The notes beneath the pieces were generated by a model. It made no database searches and was not told the origin of the DNA. It saw only the letters and a list, made by a program, of their open reading frames with translations. Positions 28,901-37,664 of a stretch of DNA of 64,000 nucleotides are shown here, piece by piece. The DNA is from Minisyncoccota bacterium (lineage in GTDB: Bacteria; Patescibacteriota; Minisyncoccia; Phycocordibacterales; CALRHW01), in the NCBI GenBank assembly GCA_046350795.1, contig JAXLZT010000001.1, positions 309,780 through 373,779 on the forward strand, in the 5' to 3' direction. Numbering within the stretch: the stretch's first letter is position 1; each line of letters begins with the position of its first letter. The position numbers and the translations under genes are program-made.

Positions 28901-29356
28901 ACTGTGAATATTTTTGTGGGAGATGATTATCAGGATGAAGGTGTAACTATCACTGATGATGAGGATGATAACCTAAGCTATAATATTTCTTTAGATAATG
29001 AGAGCCCTGTAGATCCAGAAGATTTTGAATTGGATACTGATTATCGTGGTGAGCATGAGTTGGTCTTTAGTACAACGGATAGTGATGGAAATACAAGTAC
29101 AATTACTCGTACGGTTATTGTAAAAGAGAAAAATGATAGCTCCGGTGGTGGAAATGGTGGTGACGATGATAGTGGTGATAATTCTGGTGGTGACTCAGGC
29201 GGTAACTCAGGAGGTGATTCATCTGACAATACTGGTAATGATGGTGGTTCTGATGGTGGGGGTGATGCAGATTCAGGTCAGCGTAATGATAAATTGGATA
29301 GCGGTTCTGGTGATAATGCGGGATTTTCAGGAGATGAAAAATCTTCAGAAATTTAA
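22988..29356 (+). CDS. Giant (2122 aa) tail-fibre-like adhesin with GNVGIGTTSP repeats, peptidase S74 intramolecular chaperone domain, DUF5011-like Ig domain and acidic tail
   Basis: N-terminal 'INYQGKL...NGLFSVMLG...MTPR' domain; many G(N/F)VG(I/V)GTTSP repeats; 'SSLRSTKHDI...YGFIAED'; 'SPVIKLNGEETVNIFVGDDYQDEG'. Confidence 0.8.
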   Translation: MNFIIKNIIKARRLFKKSVVVFVVFVMVITQIFAGGIVFKNNIAEAAINKQINYQGKLTNTSNVAVADGTYHMKFYLYTVATGGSPVWTEDRSTAVGDRVAVTNGLFSVMLGSSTPLTSVDFNQTLYLGVEIGGSSGSPSWDGEMTPRKVIGAVPAAFVADTLDNISSEQFLRADASNSTSTATSWLSFVQNGAGKIAEFFGPSSASVLSILSGGNVGVGTSSPYSKLSVAGNVVANNFYATSSNSYNYFMGTTTVGTLSPSSKLTVSEGNYLVEIADLDDQRGLHVSDGGNSASIVDSSAGAGISATGGTYGVLGSNNSASGYAIFAQQDNSAGYGIWSSGGQNYFQGNVGIGTSSPYAPLSVLGQIVGSYFTATTSIASTFPYASSTALTVSGTGYFGTASTTNLTVSSAPNCSGSSALNTNSSGVVSCGAITGFSTFSYPFTSATNFGVNTSATSTALWAQAGIFASSTSYFPLGTWRSDGFVGIGTSSPLYTLHVASTTSATTGVQDVMAVEITTSGNPAAGFGPSILFKDAGANADHLARIAAVYEAISGGGGTKGGALSFYTNPSATAGSANLAERMRISLDGNVGIGTTSPYAKLSIVGQVVGAYFTATTSTASTFPYASTTALTVSGTGYFAGSGIWNSSGFLGVGTTSPWAQLSINPNGIGSGPSFAIGSSTKTDFIVLNNGRVGVGTTSPAGTFAVQGKTGGSNGLGAGDNIFLTAGTGNIGKGGKVIITGGLGGTTGLNQDEAGGDILITAGSANYVDGVGNGGNVFIDPGANSPGGIIGNILLATTNAGNVGIGTTSPYAKLSVVGQVVASYFIATSSTASTFPYASTTALTVSGSAYIGSLNGPLQANNGLVSATSSIGVLYGGTGLTSAPSYGQLLLGNSSSGYTLTATSSLGLLSSSAIGTGSIGQFPYYAGSGNTLTATSGVIINTLGNVGIGTTSPANSSKLGVAGNTFIGGTLTTTGAITSGAGISLTGDINISAATNRSITASGDGVTAGSFTIQGVNSFGSAPGSLKLIAGSDGDTANAGANIYISGGTGSSDGNVILGHNGSQNIGNVGIGTTSPYAKLSVVGQVVASYFTATSSTASTFPYASTTMITATTASTTNLTISGISGCSGSNALTTNSSGVVACGAISGGGGTFPFTPTTNFGVNTSATSTALWAQAGIYASSTSYFPLGTWNSSGSLGVGTTSPWGLLSVQGLSDIPQLVVKANSTQTSNLFELRNSSGSRLSSISGTGYTFKVNETGAVTTIGGYPGSESTYSGVWLAQSSPSGSNYSLLADTSDTYINAPVSNLRFRIGNSEKVVISDSSGFTAYDIYSTNGAILTNRSGQFYIDNLNASGDIIMRPGNKTESARFTYGGFVGIGTTSPWAQLSINSNGITGPSFAIGSSTATSFLVDNGGGVMVGTTTHLSTDKLALNGGNFYIRNLTPQFVLRDTAVNDQNFGMRMQSGTASFFRANNDSSLSAFLLGMDVNNAYTGFATSAPKARISLLRGTTAAEGINFGDDVNLYRSAADSLKTDDNFYVSTGIVLEAGSSGRIYANGGLVNLSSASNSRVRTTDTGVAIDRDIADGSTALYVKQINASATGNIFELANSSATTTVFTQAGLLGLGTTSPFAKLSIHLKSTETYGNIFAIASSTASATTTLFTVSNTGVTTIGDSAGTGDSNMQFANDNDAWSIGYSSANKAFNIASSTSISTNVGFTITKGTSLAVGIGTTTPWKAFSVNGAVGFDGLTSSIGAGSLCLTSNKEVVYNSGTDACLSSLRSTKHDITALQVDALSLINGLESVSFVYNDGDGRVRYGFIAEDTAAVDPHLSTYNEFGNLSGIDDRAIASISVKAIKQLNINLESLASSTLVFDEDAVEGSSAFFAKKFFDNVFARVTEFFADATNGVGNMFANVFMAKEKICVDDQCLTKDDVKKLLIMVNNSNFNNEDGEDEGGSNGHDNSSGSPVIKLNGEETVNIFVGDDYQDEGVTITDDEDDNLSYNISLDNESPVDPEDFELDTDYRGEHELVFSTTDSDGNTSTITRTVIVKEKNDSSGGGNGGDDDSGDNSGGDSGGNSGGDSSDNTGNDGGSDGGGDADSGQRNDKLDSGSGDNAGFSGDEKSSEI
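24329..26561 (+). repeat. Intragenic 100-bp direct repeat (24329-24428 / 26462-26561) plus four ~120-bp connector repeats (starts 24032, 24752, 25388, 26186)
   Basis: The two 100-bp copies differ at 5 positions by manual comparison; connectors encode GNVGIGT(T/S)SPY...STFPYAS. Confidence 0.85.
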
Positions 29357-29362
29357 AAATAT

Positions 29363-30964
29363 ATGAAAAGAACAAAACAAAAAATATATAAATTTACAGT
29401 GTCTCTAATGTTGTTGTTTTTTATATTTTCTTTTAAGAGCGTTTTTGGTGGAGATTATATAAAAACAGTTACAGATTTTATGGCTGATGGTACATGGACT
29501 GCTCCTACTGGAGTGACAAATATATCTATAGAAGGATGGGGTGGAGGCGGTGCGGGTGCAGGTAATACTGCCGATACTGTTTATGGTGAGGGAGCGGGTG
29601 GAGGCGGTGCTTATGCAAAAATAAATTCTTTTACTGTGACTCCTGGATCAGACTACACTGCAGATGTGGGTGCTGGTGGCGTAGGTAGCACTGGTCAAAA
29701 TGTAGACGGTTCGGATACTACTTTCAATAGCACTACCATGGTGGCGGACGGTGGTCTCGGTGGTTCTAATGAAGGTGGTGGCAACGGTGGAGGTGCTGGA
29801 GGTACCACGGGCAATAGTACTGGGGACGTGGAATATGCTGGTGGATCCGGTGGAGCCGGCGGTGGGACTAATATTGGATCTGGTGGAGGTGGTGGAGCCG
29901 GTGGAGCCGGAGGAGCCGGAGGAGTCGGCGGTAATGGTTCTTCGGGTGTGGGAGGAACAGCTGGTGCCGGTGGTTTGGGTCTTGAGGCTATTTATAATTT
30001 TTTATGGAATATTGGTGGGGAAGGAACTACTGGTTCAACCTCTGGACGTAACGGTAATCCCGGTGCTTATCCTGGTGGTGGGGGTGCTGGTGCATATGTT
30101 AACAACAGCACGGATCGCACTGGTGGAAGTGGTACTGCGGGTAAGATAGCTATTACATATGTAGAACCTTCTAGCTCGGGATACCCACAGTTTGTCAGTA
30201 AAAGTGTTTTCGCTACATCTACCGCTACTTCTGCCACAGTACCTTTGCCACCAGGTTATCTAAAGGGAGATCTAATACTTTTTTTTATTGCCGGTAGACC
30301 GTCCGGTAGCGCGGGGTCAAATGACACTATTACAGTACCCGCTGGCTGGACTCAGCGCGGATCACGACAAAGACTTGAAGTGGGTATACTTGATGCAGTT
30401 TCAGAGTTGTGGTACAAGGTGGCTACTTCTACAAATGATTCAAATACTGTGAGCGTTGGAACAGCTTTTTCTGGTACTGAAGGTTGGGTTATGCAGACAT
30501 TTGCTTACCGTGGTGTCAATCAAAGCTCTCCTTTCTCTGCTACAAATGTGGGCGGAACTAATGCATCATCAGTTACTTTTACTCCCACCGGTGCTACTCC
30601 TGCACCATTAAACTCATCAAACAGATCGAGAGTTGTAACTTTTGTATTATCTACTGATAATAATATGCTCGCTTTTGATTCATCTAGAGGATTTCTTACT
30701 CGTGCTGGATCAAATGAGGCTGTCGGATCTACGATTGGATCAACAGCTGTTGCCCCCGCAGTTTCTCTATATGTTGCTGATCAAGCAACAACCACTACGA
30801 GTGCTGCTACCATGCCCGTTTTTGAACAAGTGATTAATGGAGCCGATGGTTGGCTGTATATTAGTGAAGCTCTTGAGCCTGCACCACCATCAAAAAATCT
30901 AGTTACCTTTGGTGCTAAAATTTTAAAAATAATTGGAGGTAAGTTGATACTAAACCAGCAATAA
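29363..30964 (+). CDS. Secreted glycine-rich protein (phage-tail-like Gly-rich domain plus beta domain)
   Basis: Signal peptide; 'GTWTAPTGVTNISIEGWGGGGAG'; long GGAGG runs; 'LPPGYLKGDLIL' domain. Confidence 0.7.
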   Translation: MKRTKQKIYKFTVSLMLLFFIFSFKSVFGGDYIKTVTDFMADGTWTAPTGVTNISIEGWGGGGAGAGNTADTVYGEGAGGGGAYAKINSFTVTPGSDYTADVGAGGVGSTGQNVDGSDTTFNSTTMVADGGLGGSNEGGGNGGGAGGTTGNSTGDVEYAGGSGGAGGGTNIGSGGGGGAGGAGGAGGVGGNGSSGVGGTAGAGGLGLEAIYNFLWNIGGEGTTGSTSGRNGNPGAYPGGGGAGAYVNNSTDRTGGSGTAGKIAITYVEPSSSGYPQFVSKSVFATSTATSATVPLPPGYLKGDLILFFIAGRPSGSAGSNDTITVPAGWTQRGSRQRLEVGILDAVSELWYKVATSTNDSNTVSVGTAFSGTEGWVMQTFAYRGVNQSSPFSATNVGGTNASSVTFTPTGATPAPLNSSNRSRVVTFVLSTDNNMLAFDSSRGFLTRAGSNEAVGSTIGSTAVAPAVSLYVADQATTTTSAATMPVFEQVINGADGWLYISEALEPAPPSKNLVTFGAKILKIIGGKLILNQQ

Positions 30965-31018
30965 GTACTTGTATTATAGAGCTTGCATTTTTGTATAAAA
31001 TGTGGTATCTTTCTTTGA

Positions 31019-31370
31019 GTCTTGTGTTGGATGATTGCTGTGGGCGCAAGCTCATAGAGGAAAGTCCGAACATACGGTCGCGCCTTCAAAAGCGTGACAA
31101 GAGTAGCGGGTAACACCCGTCCGGAGCAATCCGCGAGATGCGAACAGAGACGTCGCAAAGCGAAAGTGATGCGATATCCAAAGACGCCTTAAAACGATTT
31201 TGGATAAGCTCGCATGGCAACATGTGAGTTGCAACGGCTAAATTCTTACTTGTATGCAAGGCCGTGCTCTGCGCAAGCAGAGAGTGCCGCTTGATCCACT
31301 CGGTAACGAGATGGACAGATAAATAATCATCGTCCGCAAGGATACAGAATTCGGCTTATAGACACAAGAC
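31019..31370 (+). ncRNA. rnpB: RNase P RNA
   Basis: GAGGAAAGTCC (31057-31067) and ACAGAATTCGGCTTA near the 3' end; P1 pairing GTCTTGTGTT/GACACAAGAC. Confidence 0.95.
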
Positions 31371-31382
31371 AAACACATCAAA

Positions 31383-31406
31383 AAGGCCCGCCTAAAGCGG
31401 GTCTTT
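31383..31406 (+). terminator. Terminator after rnpB
   Basis: AAGGCCCGC-ctaaa-GCGGGTCTTT. Confidence 0.7.
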
Positions 31407-31494
31407 GTGTTTGAGTAGGTATAAAAATAGATTGAGTTATAGCCACCGATTTTATATAATAGTATGTATTAAGTCATTTATCTTTATAAAAAAT

Positions 31495-33924
31495 ATGGAA
31501 GAAATAAATAAAGGAGGATTGGGTATAAGGTCGATTTTTAGATTAGAAAATCTTCCAACCTTTTTTATACTACTTTTAGTTTTTCTTCTACCTTTTTTCT
31601 TTATTCCTTCTGCACATTTTTCTGTATTATCTAGTAAAACCATCCTGACCTTCACCCTCGTTATTGTTTCTCTATGTCTTTTTCTCGTTTCTATTTTAAA
31701 GAAGGGTAAATTTAGTGTGCCGGCAAGTAAAATGTATATTTCAGTCGCTTTGGTTCCCATTGTGTTTTTAGTTTCTGCAATTTTAAGCAGGGTGCCTTCT
31801 ATGTCTATAATGAGTTTTGGTTATGAGACGGGTACGTTTTGTTTTATTTTGGCCATGTTTCTTCTTTTGTTTTTGTCAGCGAACCTATTTCAATCTGAGA
31901 AAAACACCTTCTATTCTTATTTAGCGTTGTTCGCTTCATTTTCTCTTGTATCCCTGTTTCATATTGTAAGATTATTTTTCGGTCCTTCTGTTTTATCTTT
32001 TGGTTTTTTTAATGCACCAACACAAACTTTTTTGGGTGGTTGGTATGATTTGTCTACTTTTTATGGTATTACATTGATTCTTTCTCTTGTAAGTATAGAA
32101 ATGCTTAAGGTCAGTGGTCTTTTAAAAATTTTATTACGGGTGGTCTTTTTTGTTTCTTTCTGTTTCATTGTAATAATAAGCTTTTCTGTGCTTTGGGTTG
32201 TTTTGGCATTTTTATCTTTGATATTTTTTGTTTATATTTTTTCTTTTGAGCAGGTATCAAGTGTGGGAGAAAAAAGATTGGGTAACGATGGAGAGATAAT
32301 ACATATTTCAAAAAGTGATGGAAATTTAAGAAAGATATCAATTTTAACTTTAGTTGTTTTAATAGTATCTTGTCTCTTTTTGACTCCACTCGTAAGTAGT
32401 ATAAGTAGTTCAATATCTTCTACTTTTAACATAGTAAATATAGAGGCCAGACCTTCATGGGGTGCCACACTAGATGTTTCAAGAAATGTCTTGAAAAACG
32501 ACGCTTTCTTTGGTGCTGGTCCAAATACTTTCGTCTCACAGTGGCAACTTCTAAAACCAACACCTATAAATCTTACCCCTTTCTGGGATACAGACTTTAA
32601 TGTTGGTATAGGTTTTATTCCTACTTTCCTTTCCACCACAGGTATTTTGGGTATATTGAGTTGGTTTATTTTCTTGGGTTTCTTTTTGTATGCTGGTTTT
32701 ATATCACTTTTTGCGCGTGGTGAGACTGGATTTGCAAAGTATCTTACAGCATCTTCTTTTTTCGTTTCTTTGTATCTCTGGATTATTGCTATTGTTTATA
32801 CTCCAGGTACTTCTATTATCGTCTTAACTTTTTTCTTTACCGGACTATTTTTTGCTTCTTTGCATAGAGAAGGTTTTTTGCGATCTATTCCTGTATCTTT
32901 TTCTGCTTATCCGCGCGCAAGCTTTGCTATGGTGCTTTCTTTGGTGCTTGTAATGGTAGCTACTCTTTCACTCGGTTATTTCTTTGCTGAAAGGACACTT
33001 TCTTCTTATTATTTTTCAAAAGGTATTTATGCTGTATCTCAGAAAAATGATATAGAGAATGGAGAGTTATATATTTCAAAAGCTATTAGTTTGTGGGGCA
33101 ACGATATTTATTTTAGAGGTTTTTCTGAGTTGCAGATTATGAGATTGAGCAATATCGTAGCTAGTGTAAAAGGGGACCAGGTTTCAGATGAAGTAAAAAA
33201 TGAGTTTCAAAGAGTCCTCGGATCAGCTATAGATAGTGCAAATAAAGCCGTTCTATTTAATCCTGCAAATTATCAAAATTGGATTTCTGTGGCGCGAGTA
33301 TATGAGTCAGTGAGTCCTTTGGGTATAGATCAGGCATATGAAAATTCTGTGAAAGCTTACAATGAGGCGATAAAGGCGAGTCCGCAAAATCCAAAGATTT
33401 ATCTTATGCTTGCACGTCTTGAAGCTAGTAAAAATGATTTTGTGAAAGCAAAAGAATATCTCGCACAAGCGCTTGCACAGAAGCCGGATTATACAGAAGC
33501 GATATTTTTTAGATCACAGATAGAGGTGGCTGAAGGTAATATAAAAGGGGCAATATCTTCTATGGAGGGCATAGCTCTTATTTCTCCAAATGATGCCGGC
33601 GTATTTTTTGAACTTGGTTTGTTAAATTATAATAATAAAGATTTTGCTAGGGCTGTCAGCGCTTTTGAGAGAGCCATTGTTTTGGTACCTCAATACTCAA
33701 ATGCAAAATATTTCTTGGGTTTGAGTTATGAAAAGCTTGGTAGGAGGGCAGATGCTATAGCTCAGTTTGAAGGTATATCTGTACTAAATCCAGACAATGC
33801 AGAGGTTGCTTTGATTTTAAAAAATCTAAGAGCGGGTAGGGGTGCATTTACCGATGCCGAACCGCCCGTAGATGATAAACCAGAAAAGAGGAGCAAGCTA
33901 CCGGTAGATGAATTAGAAAATTAG
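31495..33924 (+). CDS. Polytopic membrane protein (O-antigen-ligase-like) with C-terminal TPRs; distant paralog of 3993
   Basis: Many TM segments, 'FFGAGPNTF', TPR motifs; start set at ATG 31495. Confidence 0.75.
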   Translation: MEEINKGGLGIRSIFRLENLPTFFILLLVFLLPFFFIPSAHFSVLSSKTILTFTLVIVSLCLFLVSILKKGKFSVPASKMYISVALVPIVFLVSAILSRVPSMSIMSFGYETGTFCFILAMFLLLFLSANLFQSEKNTFYSYLALFASFSLVSLFHIVRLFFGPSVLSFGFFNAPTQTFLGGWYDLSTFYGITLILSLVSIEMLKVSGLLKILLRVVFFVSFCFIVIISFSVLWVVLAFLSLIFFVYIFSFEQVSSVGEKRLGNDGEIIHISKSDGNLRKISILTLVVLIVSCLFLTPLVSSISSSISSTFNIVNIEARPSWGATLDVSRNVLKNDAFFGAGPNTFVSQWQLLKPTPINLTPFWDTDFNVGIGFIPTFLSTTGILGILSWFIFLGFFLYAGFISLFARGETGFAKYLTASSFFVSLYLWIIAIVYTPGTSIIVLTFFFTGLFFASLHREGFLRSIPVSFSAYPRASFAMVLSLVLVMVATLSLGYFFAERTLSSYYFSKGIYAVSQKNDIENGELYISKAISLWGNDIYFRGFSELQIMRLSNIVASVKGDQVSDEVKNEFQRVLGSAIDSANKAVLFNPANYQNWISVARVYESVSPLGIDQAYENSVKAYNEAIKASPQNPKIYLMLARLEASKNDFVKAKEYLAQALAQKPDYTEAIFFRSQIEVAEGNIKGAISSMEGIALISPNDAGVFFELGLLNYNNKDFARAVSAFERAIVLVPQYSNAKYFLGLSYEKLGRRADAIAQFEGISVLNPDNAEVALILKNLRAGRGAFTDAEPPVDDKPEKRSKLPVDELEN

Positions 33925-33931
33925 ACTAAAA

Positions 33932-35614
33932 ATGGTATATAAGATATTAAAGTTTTTAAACAAAGAGATAAGCGGGCTCCATGAGGCCGCTTATCTTTTA
34001 GGTTTCTTTGCTATTTTTTCTCAGCTTTTGGCGCTTGTGCGAGATAGACTTTTTGCCAATTACTTTGGTGCTGGACACGCACTAGATCTTTACTACGCTT
34101 CTTTTAGAATTCCAGATTTTATCTTTGTCACTGTGGCTTCTTTGGTGTCTATATCTGTACTGATTCCTTTTTTAATAGAAAAAGTATCTCAAAGCAAAGA
34201 GGAGGCAAAAAAATTTATCAATTCGGTTTTTTCTGCTTTCTTTTTCCTAATTTTGTTATCTTGTATAATATTTTTCTTTTTGATTCCATTTTTGACCGCT
34301 AGACTTTTTCCCGGTTTTTCTACGGCTACAGATCAAGGACAACTCGTTTTTATGTCTCGGATACTTTTACTTTCTCCTATCTTACTCGGAATTTCTAGTT
34401 TTCTCGGCAGTATTACACAGATGGCCAATAGATTTTTCATCTATGCTCTTAGTCCAATACTTTACAATGTGGGAATTATTTTTGGTGTGGTGTTTTTATC
34501 TCCTTTATATGGAGTGACGGGGTTGATATGGGGGGTAATCATTGGGGCGATACTTCACGTTGGTATACAAGTTCCTTTTGTTGTGCGTCACGGTTTTTTA
34601 CCAAAGATTATTTTCAAAATAGATTTTTCTGAAATAAAAAAAGTCGTCATGATTTCTTTACCGCGTGCTCTTACCATATCTGCTCCAGAACTTGCGAGAT
34701 TTGTGCTTATTGCTATAGCTAGTGCTATGGCGGTGGGTTCTATTTCTGTATTTAGTTTTGCAAGCAATCTGCAATCAGTACCTCTTAGTATTATCGCAGT
34801 CAGCTATTCTCTCGCAGCATTTCCAATACTCACAAGACACTTTGTCTCTGGAGATAGAAATAAATTTGTAGATCAGATGATATCCGGATGTCGACACGTT
34901 ATCTTTCTTTCAATGCCAGTGATGATACTTTTTATGGTCTTGAGAGCACAGATAGTGCGCACCATTTTGGGTTCTGGTCAATTTAGCTGGTCCGACACTA
35001 GACTTACTGCTGCATGTCTTGCAATTTTTGCTGTATCACTCATACCCCAATCGCTAATGCTTCTTTTTGTAAGAGCGTATTATTCTAGTGGTAATACCAA
35101 GACCCCCCTTGCCGTAAATGTTTTTTCTTCTGTTTTTATGGTGGTTAGTGGTTTTTTACTTACTTATATTTTCAACACCATACCTGTCTTTCAGTTTTTT
35201 ATAGAATCTCTTTTTAAAGTAGTAGATATATCTGGTAGTGTGGTGCTCATGATGCCACTTGCGTACTCTGTTGGATCTTGGATCGGTTTTATTATTTATT
35301 GGATTTTGTTTCAAAAAGAATTTCGTACATTTTCACAGCCCGTTTTATCCACCGCTTTTCAAAGCTTTTCTGCTTCTGTGATAATGGGTTTTATGGCATA
35401 CAAATATCTAGACATTTTTGATGAAATTTTTGATATAAATACTTTTTGGGGAATATTTTTACAAGGGTTTTTCTCTGGAGTTATAGGGTTGTTTTGTGGA
35501 ATAGTGTTGCTAAAGTTGCTTAAGAATAAAGAGTTGGAAGAAATGTGGCGCGCTTTGCATAAAAAGTTTTGGAAGGCAAAGGTCATTGGTCCGGATCCTG
35601 AAGTGGGTCAATAA
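33932..35614 (+). CDS. murJ: Lipid II flippase MurJ (MviN)
   Basis: 'LVRDRLFANYFGAG', 'YYASFRIPD', 'LSPILYNVGII', 'RAYYS...TKTP'. Confidence 0.9.
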   Translation: MVYKILKFLNKEISGLHEAAYLLGFFAIFSQLLALVRDRLFANYFGAGHALDLYYASFRIPDFIFVTVASLVSISVLIPFLIEKVSQSKEEAKKFINSVFSAFFFLILLSCIIFFFLIPFLTARLFPGFSTATDQGQLVFMSRILLLSPILLGISSFLGSITQMANRFFIYALSPILYNVGIIFGVVFLSPLYGVTGLIWGVIIGAILHVGIQVPFVVRHGFLPKIIFKIDFSEIKKVVMISLPRALTISAPELARFVLIAIASAMAVGSISVFSFASNLQSVPLSIIAVSYSLAAFPILTRHFVSGDRNKFVDQMISGCRHVIFLSMPVMILFMVLRAQIVRTILGSGQFSWSDTRLTAACLAIFAVSLIPQSLMLLFVRAYYSSGNTKTPLAVNVFSSVFMVVSGFLLTYIFNTIPVFQFFIESLFKVVDISGSVVLMMPLAYSVGSWIGFIIYWILFQKEFRTFSQPVLSTAFQSFSASVIMGFMAYKYLDIFDEIFDINTFWGIFLQGFFSGVIGLFCGIVLLKLLKNKELEEMWRALHKKFWKAKVIGPDPEVGQ

Positions 35615-35705
35615 TGCTACAAATATTGCAAAACAATGTTTGAGGAGCACGGATAAATTTCTATTGTTTTGCCTTATTTGCACTTTTTCTGCTACTATAC
35701 CACTT

Positions 35706-37520
35706 ATGCAACACATACGTAATTTCTCCATTATTGCCCATATAGATCATGGTAAATCCACTCTTGCTGACCGTATGCTTGAGATTACCAACACTATAGA
35801 AAAGCGTAAAATGATGAATCAGGTGCTTGATACTATGGAGCTTGAGCGTGAGCGAGGTATTACCATAAAGATGCAACCTGTGCGCATGAAGTATTCTCTG
35901 GATGGACAAGAATATATTTTAAACCTTATAGATACACCAGGGCATATTGATTTTTCATACGAAGTATCTCGTGCACTCAAGGCGGTGGAGGGTTCTCTTT
36001 TGCTTGTTGATGCGACTCAGGGTGTACAGGCACAGACACTTACCACGCTTAGTATGGCGCGTGAATCTAATTTAAAAATAATTCCTGTTTTGACAAAAAT
36101 AGATTCAGCGCTTGCTCAGCCGGAGAAGGTGCGGGAAGAGGTAGCAAAACTTTTAGATTGTTCCCAAGATGAAATTATTGAAGTATCAGGAAAAACCGGA
36201 AAGGGTGTAGAGGATCTTTTAAAAGAGATTATTCGTCGTGTGCCACCACCACAAATATCAAGCGATACTTCTGTGACTCAAATGTCAGCTTTATCAAATA
36301 AGTTTAGAAGTCTGGTTTTTGATTTTCAATATTCAAACCATAAAGGTGTCGTTGTGTATGTGCGGGTAATGAGTGGATCAGTATCAAGAAACACACCGCT
36401 ACAGTTTAAAATCGCTGGTGGTAATTTTAATGCAATAGAAGTGGGTACTTTTTCTCCAACACAGATACCATGCGAATCACTCTCTGCTGGCGAGATAGGT
36501 TATATAGTAACAGGCATAAAAGAGTCTGGAATAGCATCTGTGGGAGACACTGTAGCTTCTCAAAATGACACCTTACCACCTTTGGCGGGCTATATGAGCC
36601 CTAGGCCAGTAGTATGGTCTTCTATTTATCCAGAAAGCCAAGATGATTTTATGGTGCTTAAACAAGCCCTAGGCAAGCTCCGTCTCTCGGATTCATCTTT
36701 TACATTTGAAGAAGAGTCGTCAGGTACCCTCGGGCGAGGTTTTCGTTGTGGATTTTTAGGAATGTTGCATTTAGAAATTATCACTGAACGTTTGAGGCGT
36801 GAGTTCAATTTAGACCTTGTGGTGACGACACCGAGTATTACATATGAGGTTAAATACAAAGATGGAAAAAAAGAGATGGTATATTCACCAGCAAAATTTC
36901 CAGAAGAACACTTGTTAGAAAGTGTTCTTGAACCATGGGTAGATGTGACTATCATTACTCCAGCAGATTATTTGAGCCCAATAATGCAAATATTATACGA
37001 TCATGAGGCTGTCGTGGGTGAAACCAACTCTTTTGGTGATAATAGAATGCAAATACATATGGAAATGCCTTTGCGTGAGCTTATGAAAAACTTTTTTGAC
37101 ACCATAAAAAGCGTCTCTGCTGGCTATGCATCACTTTCATATGAAATAAAAGATATGCGACCAGCCGATGTGGTCAAGCTGGAGATACTTGTAGCAGAAG
37201 AGCCTGTGCCAGCTTTTACGCGCGTTACATCTCGTCGTACCGTAGAAAAAGAAGCAGAGGATGCAGTAGAAAAACTTTTCGCTGTTTTACCAAGGCAAAT
37301 GTTCGTTACAAAAATACAGGGCAAGGCTTTGGGTAGAATCATTTCATCCCGCACACTTTCAGCACTAAAAAAAGACGTGACTCAACACATGTACGGAGGA
37401 GATATTACCCGAAAAATGAAGCTACGCGAAAAACAAAAGAAAGGAAAGAAAAAAATGAAAGCTATGGGAAAAGTAAATATACCAAATGATGTATTTTTAA
37501 AGATGGTGAAATCAGACTAG
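35706..37520 (+). CDS. lepA: Elongation factor 4
   Basis: 'IRNFSIIAHIDHGKSTLADR', 'GFRCGFLGMLH', 'YGGDITRKMKL'; start set at ATG 35706. Confidence 0.97.
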   Translation: MQHIRNFSIIAHIDHGKSTLADRMLEITNTIEKRKMMNQVLDTMELERERGITIKMQPVRMKYSLDGQEYILNLIDTPGHIDFSYEVSRALKAVEGSLLLVDATQGVQAQTLTTLSMARESNLKIIPVLTKIDSALAQPEKVREEVAKLLDCSQDEIIEVSGKTGKGVEDLLKEIIRRVPPPQISSDTSVTQMSALSNKFRSLVFDFQYSNHKGVVVYVRVMSGSVSRNTPLQFKIAGGNFNAIEVGTFSPTQIPCESLSAGEIGYIVTGIKESGIASVGDTVASQNDTLPPLAGYMSPRPVVWSSIYPESQDDFMVLKQALGKLRLSDSSFTFEEESSGTLGRGFRCGFLGMLHLEIITERLRREFNLDLVVTTPSITYEVKYKDGKKEMVYSPAKFPEEHLLESVLEPWVDVTIITPADYLSPIMQILYDHEAVVGETNSFGDNRMQIHMEMPLRELMKNFFDTIKSVSAGYASLSYEIKDMRPADVVKLEILVAEEPVPAFTRVTSRRTVEKEAEDAVEKLFAVLPRQMFVTKIQGKALGRIISSRTLSALKKDVTQHMYGGDITRKMKLREKQKKGKKKMKAMGKVNIPNDVFLKMVKSD

Positions 37521-37627
37521 CGCCAAAGAGACGGTACAGAAAAAATTATCATACTCAATATGATAAAAGCACAGATGATGGTCCAGACAAATTTGATTTT
37601 CTTTTGATGCTTTTTTTGGAATAACAT
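37517..37627 (-). CDS. 36-aa single-pass membrane microprotein MLFQKKHQKKIKFVWTIICAFIILSMIIFSVPSLWR (absent from ORF track)
   Basis: Clean ATG-to-TAG frame filling the gap; basic N-terminus plus one TM; stop overlaps the lepA stop. Confidence 0.6.
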   Translation of the reverse strand: MLFQKKHQKKIKFVWTIICAFIILSMIIFSVPSLWR

Positions 37628-37664
37628 ATCGTTTCGGTTTTATAATGATATTATATAGGGTAGC

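Noticed and set aside
22988-30964. Fibre and Gly-rich genes as prophage tail genes
   Set aside because: They have signal-peptide-like N-termini and lie in a host surface operon with no phage genes nearby
30781-31234. Minus-strand ORFs
   Set aside because: They overlap the RNase P RNA gene
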